Shown here one piece after another: positions 1-13,082 of a stretch of DNA of 64,000 nucleotides. The translations under genes were made by a program, and so were the position numbers. Origin of the DNA: the human T2T-CHM13v2.0 reference genome, Homo sapiens. Each line of letters starts with the position of its first letter. The first letter of the stretch is position 1. Under the pieces are notes generated by a model. It was not told where the DNA came from. It did no database searches and was given only the letters and a program-made list of their open reading frames with translations. Location of the stretch: assembly GCF_009914755.1 (NCBI RefSeq), contig NC_060947.1; one strand, 5' to 3'.

Positions 1-1510
<1,510 letters not shown>

Positions 1511-1769
1511 TCATGAGGATGTTACAAATGCTGTGAGATTATGAACTTGCTTTTTGATTTAGCCAGTCTAAGTAAGATTTTTCTGTTAGGTGTAAGCAAA
1601 AAAAAAACAAAACAAAAAAAAACAAAACTGTCATGTAGTGAGCAATTGGCTTGATATGTCTGACTTTTTGTCTTATGCCAATTGTGGAGGCATAATTTTA
1701 ATATTTCTCTCTTTGACGTGTTTGAATGATAAATTATATGGTCACAATAATTGGATAGGAAGACTGGTT

Positions 1770-1960
1770 CTACAGTCATAGATTCCAATCCTGGGCCTGC
1801 CACTTAAAAGATGTCATTTAGGATAAATTACTTAGCTTCTGTGTGTTATACAAAATGTCTTCCTATGAACATAGGGATAATAAAGGTACTTAGGAATCAA
1901 ATGAGGTAAAGCATTTAAAGAGCTTGTAGAAGAACTTGCTATGTGGTAAAAATTTCATAA
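1770..1960 (+). mobile_element. MIR fragment
   Basis: 'ccaatcctgggcctgccactta...ataaattacttagcttctgtg' and 'aaatgaggtaaagcatttaaagagctt' resemble the MIR core. Confidence 0.55.
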
Positions 1961-2200
1961 CTATTAAAAGTCTGCATGCCACATGGTAAAAGTTCCCTTT
2001 TGCAGTAAAGAACATCAACTGCCTGATTAACTGTTTTGCCTATTCACACATATAACCTTAAAATTAATAAACATGAAACTAACAAAGTAAAATTATTCAC
2101 AGCTCCATTTTATAGGTATGAAAACAGGGAAATAGATCATTTAAGATAAAAAGGGAATTAAAATATAATGGTTAATTTACAAGCTGTGTCAAGACGCTTG

Positions 2201-2441
2201 GTGTTATGGTTAATTTTATGTGTCAACATGACTGAGCCACGGGGTGCCCAGACATTTGAGCAAACATAATCCTGGGTGTGTCTGTGAGAGTGACAAGTTG
2301 ATTTCAGCCTTGCAAGGTCCTAAACGGAGAACACAGTTGATCCATGGCAGACTTATGGAAACTGTGAAATGATAAATGTATGCTGCTTTAAGCCACTAAG
2401 TGGGTGGTAATTTTTAATGAAGCAATAGGAAACTAATATAC
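2201..2441 (+). mobile_element. Internally deleted MLT-type (ERVL/MaLR) LTR remnant
   Basis: 5' 'tgttatggttaattttatgtgtcaac' and 3' 'gctttaagccactaag...gcaataggaaactaatataca' are typical MLT termini. Confidence 0.7.
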
Positions 2442-2973
2442 AGGTATTTAAGTTATTACTATATGGAATCTGTTGTGGTTAAAGTGATGCACTGCGTTGT
2501 CTAAACCACTGCGGAGGATGAAGACTAATATCTGGCTCAGCCATAACCTATATAGCTCTAAGGTGCAAATTAAAGTAGGTATAGCTAAACGCCAAGGGCC
2601 AAGAATGCTAAATGTTATGTAGTGAAGACTGATTGCAATATAGCTGTGAGAACAGGCAGCTTCAAGTGTGACAGCAACAATGGAGGACACTTCCAGGTAA
2701 GATGGTGTCATTCTCAGTGTGAAGGGCTCAGATGCTGGGGCTGCCCCTTCTGTCCCTGCCTTTTAAATGAGGCAGAGACTTCAATTTCAGGGTTCTCTTG
2801 CGGGGCCAAAACAGACAAGCAAAGCCAGAGGAATGGCAGGCAGTGGCTCTGAATTAAACTAAATAACTTATTATGGAAAACACGTATGATAGACATTCCT
2901 TGAGGCTTTAGAGTCTCTAACACCAGCTAGCTCTGTGATTCAATCAGTGTTCCAGGATTCTAATTTATAAGAG

Positions 2974-3017
2974 GTGTGTGTGTGTGTGTGTGCATGCATG
3001 TGTGGGTGTGTGAGTGT
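2974..3017. repeat. Imperfect (GT)n microsatellite
   Basis: gtgtgtgtgtgtgtgtgtgcatgcatgtgtgggtgtgtgagtgt seen directly. Confidence 0.9.
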
Positions 3018-4249
3018 AAAACACCTCCTGGATAAATAACTGTGACAAATCTTTACAGACCACTGGCAGTGGGGTTAGGATATGCCCGCATGATTTTCTG
3101 CATGAGACACCTGCAAAGTTCCTGAATGTCCCTGACAAACCCACAGCCTACCACAGTGCATGAAACATGGGGACTTTCTTTTAACCTAGCTCCCATTTGT
3201 CAATAGCTTCTAGTACCCGTGTATTGCTGAATTCCTGGCTTCATAATTGATGTTGGCCTTTCTAATAATCTCTCAGTTTCTGAAATGTCCTCACAGTGGG
3301 ATTAATTTAGAAATTCCCCTAGGTTTTACAAGTGATTGTTTAAAAATAAATTAACTGGAGAGATTAATGAATGAATATAAGATTGCTAATCCAATTATTT
3401 AAGTGTTTAGGTGAAAGGCACAAACATGCAGGAATATGAAATCAAGCCTCTGAACCCACAAATAACAGCATTTTCAAGCACAGACATGCATATTCATAGT
3501 CACAAGGATTCAGTCTGCCAGATGTGAGTCCTGCTCCTATTTCCTCTACTCTTTCTCCGTCAAATTTCTTGTATCCTCTCCCTCTTTTCCCCTCTTTCAC
3601 AGCAAATACACCCTGTGCAGACTATAATTGAGAATTTACATTCTTTTATTGCTTTGTTTTCCTAGGAGATGGTTATGAATAAGGGCCAGTTTTTACTTGG
3701 TCTTTACATATGCTCTATCAGTCAGGTACACTGCATGAGACACACAGGCATTGCAGAGGGTTTGCTGAACGAATACATTTCATACTGAAACACTGATAGC
3801 AAAAACACCCACTTCCAAACTGGAGGCTGTACACTGGTTACTTTCCACATAGGTACGCTATGTGTGGCTTTTGTGTATCAGGAGCCATGCAAAGTATTCT
3901 AGAAGCTGGTAGGTGTCACAGGGAGAGAAAGCAAATTCATTAGTTCATGGGCCTCTACACAGTACATAGCAGTTTTCAGCACACAAAAAGGGGTAAATCA
4001 ACATTATTTAACTTATTCATATATACACATTTTCAAAGCTGCCAACCCTAAATATATTGTTGTAAACTAAACTAAATATTTCACAGGAAAGGAAAAATAC
4101 CGTTTGTCATAAGTCAAACTCTAAAATAGAAGGATGACATAACAGCAGTATGGAATTTTAAAATTTACATTAGTGACTTTCAGAGACACAGGGATTTCTT
4201 TCCAAGACTATGTAAAATGTAGGAATACCGCTGACCAATGTAGGCAATG

Positions 4250-4430
4250 GATTGTGATGCAGGCCTCTTAAATCCCAGCTCTGCACCTCCGAGCTGTGTG
4301 AACAGGGACAAGTAATCTATCCTTCTGAGCCTAAATTTCCTCATCTGTGAAACTGGAAGAAAGATTCGTACGTCACAGGGATTTTAAGAAAACTATCAGT
4401 AAGATATATAAAACACCTGATACATAGTGG
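4250..4430 (+). mobile_element. MIR fragment
   Basis: 'aaatcccagctctgcacc...agctgtgtg...ctgagcctaaatttcctcatctgtgaaa' matches the MIR core. Confidence 0.75.
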
Positions 4431-5973
4431 GCCCTGAAAAAGCAATTATTATATATTCTGATATTGCAGTAAAGCAATACCATTTTCCCACAATATAATT
4501 TCTTTATTAGAATTTTGTGAATTCTACACAATGAGAAGTTCATCTGACACAAAAATCAAGGATGCTTCCTTCTGCGATGTAGCTTGGTAGTAAAAGCTAT
4601 TTGATCAAAGCTAAAGGGAAAGAATCTAAGATTGTGATGGCTATTCACTCATAGGATATACTATTGTAGTGTAGGAAAACTCCTAACAGAACTACTGATT
4701 TTCAAACTTGCCGCGAAATAAATAACCTGGAAAAAGATTGAAAAGAGGAAAGGGAAGCCTCATATTTTTCCATCTTGCACTCCCAGAGAATGGCTGGCCC
4801 TGAGCCCACAGTCAGAAACGTTCTATCATGGTGGAAATCTCTCTAGAACTGGCTGAGTTCATTGGTGGTATGAGATGTTTTACCATGGAACAGGGAATGC
4901 AGCCATCTTCCTGATCACAATTTTGATACCAAACATGCCTCTGTCTTGTTGCCTTTCTCTAATGAATCGGTGAAGTTTAGAACAGCTTGGTGACCTTGGA
5001 AAGCCTGTTCTGCTTCTGACGAAACTGGCCTGAGCCTGTGGGTACACAGTGTCATTGATAAGTAAACTATCTTCCTTGTGGGCTGGCCAGATGTCTTTGT
5101 GGAGGGGAAGGCATCCTTCCAAGACCGGAATCCTCTCATGCAGGGACTAGCTTGCATAAAAGACCCTCCTCCAGATCCAGCCTCACCAAGACCTTGAAGC
5201 AGCTGTAAGTACCAATCATTCTATCCCTTCACAAGGACTTGAAACAAACTCCATTCCTCTACCTCTGCAGAAATTAGTGTTGAATTTTCCAGCACTTGAC
5301 CAAAGGAGCAGGAGAACAACCTCTAAGACGAGGAGCTTCTGAAAGTATTAGGAGATGGGAGGAAAATGTTGCAGAGATGTGTGCATGAGAAACGGGGAGG
5401 GGAGCAGAGAGAACTCCAGGGGCAAGTTAAGCGGTGGGGGTCTGCCTATACGGCCATCTTTGTGGAGTGTTCTCATCAATGAGCCTGGAAGATTCCACCT
5501 CATTCAGATACCTCCTAGCTGTCAGATACTGGCCAAGTTACATAAGGCCTTAGATCTCAATCTTCTCTCTTTTGAAAATGGGAATGACAACATTGTGATT
5601 GAAGGGTTTTCATTAGGGTTAAATAAAAAAGGTACATGAAGTGCCTACTATAGCCCATCCATTGTTATGTATCCTATTACAAAACAATAGCTTCCACTTT
5701 GTTTTCAACTTTTTTGTAAATCGTTCTGCTTTGTGTTTAATTATATAATTGTGTTTCTTTCTGAAAGCCACTGTCTTGTGAAAATAAAATGCAATATGTA
5801 AATCATAGTATATGTCCTGTCCAGATAAAACCAAAACAATTTAGGCAATGAATGACCAAGATCTGAAAACACCACCACAAGTCATGCTGTGTGGTAGGAA
5901 CTGTGCTACCCTGTGAAGATGCCACGGAAAATGAATCAGACTTCTGGCCTTCAGGTATCCCATGGCTGCCTTT

Positions 5974-6038
5974 CTATGGCATTTGGTACCTATATGGTGC
6001 CAGATTCTGCCTATGGCATCTGGTACCTATATGGTGCC
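5974..6038. repeat. Short tandem duplication (28-bp core, 37-bp period)
   Basis: ctatggcatttggtacctatatggtgcc (5974-6001) versus ctatggcatctggtacctatatggtgcc (6011-6038). Confidence 0.9.
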
Positions 6039-6319
6039 GAAACAAATGGCAACCACTGGAAAAGCTGCAGAATGCAAAGAGAATGTTTTCCCTATAAGTG
6101 TCATTTTCAAAAGATTAATTAATTCAACGACTATTCAGTACTGCCCTTCTGGTTGTATCAGAGAGTGTGGATGGTAGGTTTACAAAGACCAACAACACAT
6201 GGCCCTTTCTCTCACAAGTCTCCCATCTAGCACAGGACACAAACACATTCATTACATCCACAGGTATTTTCTGAGTGACTCCAATGTATGCTCACCAGAG
6301 ATGAGATCTGGGCTGCTTG

Positions 6320-6870
6320 AGATATACCAGTGAGCAAGAGACAAAGATCCCTACCATCAGGAGCTAATACTCTAGCAGGAGCCATTATAGCTGGAGAGAG
6401 AACAGCAATAATCATCAATAAGTAATTAAATAGTCTGTTAGATGCAAAATACTATAATAGAAAGGACACTTGGGCCAAGGAAAAGAGGATCTGGGGTATC
6501 AGCGACAGGGTGGCAAGGAAGAGTGGGTTTAGCAGTCCATCATAAGGTGGCCTGGGTAGGCCTCATCTAGAAGGTGAGAAGTGATCAAGGCCTCAAGGTG
6601 AGTGAGGAAGTTATCCTTGTAGACAAGGGACAGGAACAATCCAAGCAGAGGGAATGGCTAGAGCAAAGGCCCTGAGGAGGGAAGGAGCCTGCCTGACACA
6701 ACCCAGAAGCTGCAGAGTCCAGGTCCACTAGAGATGTGTGGCCCATGGGGAGTAGTAGGGGCAACTTTGAGGAGGAAATTGGCCAGATGTTGTAGGGCCT
6801 CGTATGTTTTGGAAGCATTTAACATTTTACTCTGATACATAAACACAGGGACACTAGAAAGGGTTTGGTG
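6320..6870 (-). mobile_element. LINE-2 3' fragment
   Basis: Antisense L2 motifs 'acaaagatccctaccatcaggagc', 'gagcaaaggccctgagg' and 'ggccagatgttgtagggcct'. Confidence 0.7.
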
Positions 6871-9224
6871 TCTGAATTAGAAGTCTCCGCAGTGTAGAGA
6901 AAAGGGAAAAGGAGGGTGACAGCAGTGAGGCAGGATCAGGTACTGAGCAAAGAAGTGGGAGAAATCAAGGTGTGCTGCATCTTTATGAGAGAGGCGGTGC
7001 TCACCTGGACTTCACATTTCCATGGATCACTGGGACCACATCCATGATTTGTGCACATCTATACCATTACTTGCAACATCACAAAAGTAGCAGTTCTGTA
7101 TGCATCCTGTCATTTGTCCGGGAAAAAAAACAATGAGGGAGGTTATTTTGTATTCCATTCATTTTGTATTTAAGACCTTTCTAGGGAACTAGCTAGTATA
7201 GACCCAAAATAAAACCACCTTTGTGTTTGAACAAGAGTGTCCTAGGTACATGAAGGAAGAAAAAATTGGGGAACATATGAAGGTTGATGTGAAAGACACA
7301 ACTTACCCCACCTTCCCTGGTCCTAGGTTAATTCATATTTCATTTAATTTCGCTATTAAATAGTTAACAGGTAAAATAACAACTATCCTTTGTGATCCAT
7401 GTAGATCCTGTCATCATTTCTCATTCAATCAATATGCTTTAAATCCCTACTGGACACCAGATCCCAGGCACTGTGTTGACTCAGAGGGGAACAGACATGT
7501 TTCAGGCTGGTTCCCAGTCCTCAAATTTCTCACAAGCTTGCAGACAGATCATTACAGAGGTTCTTAATTAGAGCTATGACAGAATTAAAGTCAAGAAAGC
7601 CTGGAAAAACGGGGGGGGGTACTTTAATCCCAATGTAAAGGAAGGGCCAGCACATGGTCAGGAAAGCTTTCTTGGGAGAGGTGAAGTTCTGAGTAGGTAA
7701 TTATCCCTCTTTACACCTGAGAAATACTAAGGTCAAAGATATTAACTCGCCTAAGGCTGCATAGCTACTGAGAGAGCAGGATTTAAATTTTAGTTCATTT
7801 GCATTTTAAAACACCGTATTTTTTTCTCATGGACTACTATCAAAATCACTTCCCCTGACTCTGCTTCCGTTAAGTATTCTGAAAGTTTCTCAGGTATGTT
7901 GCAGTCCCTCTTCTGATAGCTAGGTCCAGCTGTGAGTACAGTCAGGCTCTGAGAAGGTCTTTAACATTCCCAATCTCAGGTAACAGCTGTTTTTCAGAGC
8001 TCCTCTCTTAGGACTGTACTTCACTTAAAACTCAGTTACAAATGTCACTTTCCATTGCTTTCTCACTAAGTAAAGTAGCCAACTTCCCCGAGGATGCTTC
8101 TACTATTCCTGTCAATTGCCCATCTGCCTGCCCCTTCCTAATTCTGAAAAAAAGGCAGAGATGTGCATCCTAGACTTGTTGGTTTCAGGGTAGATCCTCT
8201 CCGCTTTCATCCTAGGGATTCTGCAAATTTACATGGAAGCTCCATTCTCTTGGGTGCCTGGATCTTCCAGGCAGAAAAAAGCTAGAAAGGAGGAAGACCA
8301 TACCAAAAGGAATGACATGCACTGTCTATGTCAGCAACCCTTAACATAAGGGAAACATGCCATAGTGAATGCAAGATGATTACATCTGGACTCAGACAGA
8401 CCAGGGTGTGGATCCCAGCTCCACCACTTCCCGGCTTGCTCACTTTAACCCATCTCAGCCTGTTAATCTGTTAAAGGGGATTTTGACACTTTTCAGGTTT
8501 GCTTGTACAAAAATATTAAGTGCATATAAGAAAGCAGACCATCCATAAATCAACATCATGGTCTAGTGTGATGACAGCATAGAATTTCTTTTTTTCTGTA
8601 TCACTTCATTGCATTTTGTCTTGCAGGGGAAATCAAAGCCTCGAATCGTGAAGAAACATGTGGAGGTGACACAACAATTATTTGCTGGGAGTGAGAGAGG
8701 TACTCACATGCTCTTTTCACTTATTGTCCAGAAGAAGAACATCACGATGGAAACATACCTTTCACTGGAGTCATTGAATCTTAACTACTGAATACCTTAC
8801 CCAAGAAGTCAATGCTGAATGTCATCAACAAAGGCCGCAACAACCATAGCTGTGGATAAGAAGAATCCTTCTCTTAAGACATGTTGATTTTTTGAGTGTG
8901 CAGGGTATGGAGACATGAAGCCTTAAACTCGAATACAAAATCCACTCTAAGTCCTCATTTTCTCTTCTGTAAAATGGACTTATGAACTGCCTCCCTCCCT
9001 ATGAGTTAATGAGATAACAGTTAAATAGAATGCAGGGCGTAACACAGGACCTCTCACAGGGACTGTACTCAACACGTTAGATGTCTTAACTTCATCCCTT
9101 TCTGACTCCAGGGAAAGTGAAATGCCAGCATTTTTAAGTAGATGTTACATTTCTACAGCGAACAATCTTGTCTTTCTCTGATTGTTTTTGGTTGATTTTT
9201 ATGTATCATGTCAATGGTTGGAGC

Positions 9225-9780
9225 AGCTAGTTTTTAATGCATAACAAAGCGCTGCCAAATTTTATGCTTTAAACAGTAAACTATTTTACTCACAATTCTG
9301 CAGGTCAATAATTTCAGCTGGTCCCATCTGAGTGGGTTTTCTTGTTTGTTTGTTTGCTTTTTTTTTTTTTTTTTTGCTGTTCATGGCTAGGCTTAGTTAT
9401 GCATCTTCAGCTAGTGCTCTCTTATGACCTAAGTAGTTCTGCTTGTGGGCGAATGGTCTAGGATGGCCTCACCCATATGTTGGGCAACGGTTTCACTGTC
9501 AGCTGGGGTGAAAGGGAAGAATCTGCCACAGGTATCTCATCATCCAGCTAGCCTGGCCAGCCTTCCTCACATTGCTGTCACAATGTTTCAAGAGCGAAAA
9601 GAGAGAGGATACCCCAGTGTGCAAGCACCTTTCAGTTCTCTGCTGACTTCTGTTCACATTTGTTATTGTCCCACTGGACACAACAAATTACATGGCCAAG
9701 ACCAGAAACAATGACAGTGTGGAAGGAGATACAGGCTTCCACGAACAAATTGCAGTTTCACTGTAACAATCTACTACTAC
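9225..9780 (-). mobile_element. MLT1-type MaLR LTR
   Basis: 'gcataacaaa...ttactcacaattctgcaggtca' and 'agctagcctggccagccttcctcacattg' resemble antisense MLT1. Confidence 0.6.
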
Positions 9781-9935
9781 AGTGATTCCTGAATTACACT
9801 GCTCATCATTGGAGAAATACTTAAATATGCAAAACCAGACAGAGGAATGCTGTTCTCTTAAAAAGGATTTTTACTATCGTTACAAAAGTCTTAGCTTTTC
9901 TTGCCTTGTTACTATATTATAGATGAATAATAAAG

Positions 9936-10333
9936 TTATTAGGCCATTCTCACATTGCTATAAAGAAATACCTGAGACTGGGTAATTTACAAAGAAAAGA
10001 GGTTTAATTGGCTCATGGTTCTGCAGGTTTTACAGGAAGCATGGTGCCAACAGTTGCTCAGCTTCTGGGGTCGCCTCAGGAAGCTTACAATGGTGGCAGA
10101 AGGCAGAGGGGGAGTAGATGCATCACATAGCGAAAGCATGAGCAAGACAGGGGAAGGTGCCACTTGCTTTTAAGTCACCAGATCTTGTGAGCACTCACTA
10201 TCACACAGACAGCACCAAGCCATGAGGGATCCGCCCTCATGATCCAAACATCTCCCACCAGGCCCCACTTCCACCATTGGGGATTACAATTTAACATGAG
10301 ATTTGGGCAAGGACAAGTATCCAAACTATGTCA
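9936..10333 (-). mobile_element. MST-type MaLR solo LTR
   Basis: Starts 'tattaggccattctcacattgctataaagaaatacctgagactgggtaattt' and ends 'tatccaaactatgtca'. Confidence 0.88.
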
Positions 10334-10762
10334 GCTGTGAAAGTTTGGGGAAAAGGTAATTAAAAAATTCCCTTGCTATTGTATTAAGCCTGTTTTAAGT
10401 TGTGGGTCTCCATATCCAGACTTTTCCAGTAGGGTTTCAGTCTGTGCCTCTTTCCATGTTATAATGTCCTATTCCTCTTCCCTGCCACAAGTATGCCCCC
10501 GGAAGGGACCTATTGCAGAGGCACGGTGTGATGTAGAACTGATACTGATGGAATAGACTAGAAAATGGCACCTCTTTCTTGTGAGACAAAGGAGACAGTA
10601 CCTGGCAATTGTGAAGCAGCCCTGCCCTGTGGCCGGAGCCTGGATTGGCCCCTCTCGAACCCAGACACCCCACTAGTCTGCTAGTTTTGCTAGAGTGTCT
10701 CGTGATTCATTCAAATCATGTTTCAAAGCTCTGAGTAGAAGTTCAACCATTTTGTACTACTA

Positions 10763-11097
<335 letters not shown>

Positions 11098-11437
11098 TTG
11101 TGAAATAGGACGGGATCTCCATGTGCATGGTTTCCCAAACACCAAGTGGTGCTTATCAAAGAGAAAGATAGAGAAGGGTGGAGTGTGTGGAGAATAGGAG
11201 AACGTCTCTGGGCTTTAACGCAGGACTACTAGATGGGTGGTGCTCTGGTCTTTAAGGTGTACTGCATCGAAGTGCAAATGGCTGCAACACGGAGGCGAGG
11301 AGTGTACCCATGAGGAAACTGAGGTGCAGGGAGGTCAGGCAGGTTGTGAACAGGGGTTTAAGAAAAGCGTTAAATTACTGGCTGCGCCAAGATGCTCTGC
11401 AAGGTGGGAACCTGTTGAAGAAATAAAACTGCATCAT

Positions 11438-11448
11438 GTGACTCAGCA
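11438..11448 (+). promoter_or_regulatory. AP-1/ARE (NRF2/BACH-sMAF type) motif
   Basis: GTGACTCAGCA matches RTGACTCAGCA just upstream of the CpG island. This is a motif match only. Confidence 0.4.
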
Positions 11449-11699
11449 AAGATGCCCGGCTACTGTGCCAAGAATCCCGTGGGTTGTGCAGACAACACTA
11501 GGGCCCAGGTCCCATGAGTAAGCCAGAATGGTTGATAGTGGGGGAGGATGATGACGACGCTGCCTTTGCCCCTGTCTTGTGTGAAACAACTGCCTGTGGG
11601 TTTCCTGCAGCGCAGTGGGGAGTGAGAGGAGAAACGTCCTGCCGTGCCACAGTGAGTTTGGGTCAAAGGCACACATGGAGGCAGTCTTGGCCAAAGTCA

Positions 11700-12790
11700 C
11701 AATGCGGTGAATTTCGCTGTGCGCCAAGGAGGTTCCTGGCCCCAGGAGTGCGAAGCGCCTGCGCAGTGGGCCCCAGGCGTTGCGCGCTGCGGGAGCCAGG
11801 AGACCCCCGCCCCTGGCCCCTCGCCCCGGTTCCTCGCCCCTCAGCCCACGCCCTCCCCTGCGAACGCGCACGTGAACGGGAGCGCGGACGCGCCCGAGAA
11901 TGCGCTTCACCTCGCAGAAGCGGGTGGGCTCTGTGGAGAGTCGCGGGCTCGCGGGCAGCAGCGCCTCCTCCACTCCGGCGGGCCCGGGTTCGGCCGGCCG
12001 CCCATCGGACTGGCGGACTGGCTGACTGACACGCCTCGCTTGCCCCCGCCTCCGCCCGTGCCCCGCCCAGCTTCATCTCTCCCTCCGCTCCCCGGGCTCG
12101 GGGGCAGACGGCAGACGGAGGCGCCTCTCTCTCCCCGCCCCTCTCCTCGGCCCTTTCTCTTCCCAGCACCTCGGCTGCTGCCCGGCAGCGGCAGCAGCTG
12201 CGTCGGCGGCCCACACAGCAGCGAGAGGCGAGAGGAGGCTGCCTCGAGGATGAAGTGCAAACCCAACCAGACACGGACCTACGACCCCGAGGGGTTCAAG
12301 AAGCGGGCGGCGTGCCTGTGCTTCCGGAGCGAGCGCGAGGACGAGGTCCTGTTAGTGAGTAGCAGCCGGTACCCGGACCGCTGGATCGTGCCGGGCGGGG
12401 GCATGGAGCCCGAGGAGGAGCCGGGCGGTGCGGCGGTCCGAGAGGTGTACGAAGAGGCGGGAGTCAAGGGGAAGTTAGGCCGGCTCCTGGGCGTCTTCGA
12501 ACAGAACCAGGACCCCAAGCACAGAACGTACGTGTATGTACTGACTGTCACGGAGCTGCTGGAGGATTGGGAAGATTCGGTTAGCATTGGGAGGAAGCGA
12601 GAGTGGTTCAAAGTCGAAGATGCCATCAAGGTTCTCCAGTGCCACAAGCCCGTGCACGCCGAATATCTGGAGAAACTAAAGCTGGGCGGTTCCCCAACCA
12701 ATGGAAACTCCATGGCCCCATCCTCGCCAGATAGCGATCCCTAGTATGTACCGCTTGCGCCCGCACAGACTTCTGTTTGTCTGCCTTGCT
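11700..12790. promoter_or_regulatory. CpG island / NUDT10 promoter and coding exon
   Basis: Very high GC and CpG density against a CpG-poor background. Contains NRF1-type GCGCCTGCGCA (11755-11765), GC box CCCCGCCCC (11805-11813) and E-box CACGTG (11869-11874). Confidence 0.9.
12250..12744 (+). CDS. NUDT10: Diphosphoinositol polyphosphate phosphohydrolase 3-alpha (Nudix hydrolase 10), 164 aa
   Basis: Translation MKCKPNQTRTYDPEGFKKRAACLCF...SSPDSDP. Nudix box GX5EX7REUXEEXGU at residues 50-72 (12397-12465). Pro89 (CCC, 12514-12516) is diagnostic against Arg89 in NUDT11. The ATG has A at -3. In spliced mRNA the last stop-codon base probably comes from 15524. Confidence 0.95.
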   Translation: MKCKPNQTRTYDPEGFKKRAACLCFRSEREDEVLLVSSSRYPDRWIVPGGGMEPEEEPGGAAVREVYEEAGVKGKLGRLLGVFEQNQDPKHRTYVYVLTVTELLEDWEDSVSIGRKREWFKVEDAIKVLQCHKPVHAEYLEKLKLGGSPTNGNSMAPSSPDSDP

Positions 12791-13029
12791 TAAAATGCAT
12801 CCCGCCTGGAGCACCTCTCGTACCATGTGCGGTCTCATGGGCAGGAGGGAGGCTTTTGTTTCCTTGGCAGACCCTCTGAATCACGCTTGCAAACTGTTGC
12901 CAGGCCCTGTTTTCAGTTGGCACGTTTTTCAGTTGCTTTCAAAATCGCTTCTTGGTTACCCTGTAAAATGTTTCGGAGAAGCCTATGCCGCTTGGGGTTT
13001 TAGGTGCTGTAACTGTTCACCCTGCTTTT

Positions 13030-13082
13030 GGGCGGGGGGGGGGGGGGGTGGGGGGCGAGGGGTGGGCGGGGAGTGTGTGTGT
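13030..13082 (+). repeat. G-rich tract followed by a short (GT)n
   Basis: gggcggggggggggggggg tgggggcgaggggtgggcggggagtgtgtgtgt seen directly. Confidence 0.9.

Noticed and set aside
11443-12713. Long overlapping ORFs on both strands (176, 171, 203, 119 and 144 aa)
   Set aside because: These are low-complexity Arg/Gly/Pro/Ala translations expected from GC-rich DNA or the antisense of a CDS, with no recognisable domain.
11707-12744. The 345-aa ORF as the true gene product
   Set aside because: It starts at GTG in a CpG island. Homology to DIPP proteins begins at the ATG at 12250, which has a good context.
12250-12744. Calling the gene NUDT11, NUDT4 or a processed pseudogene
   Set aside because: Pro89, the 164-aa length, the intact Nudix box, the retained CpG island and the splice signals fit functional NUDT10.
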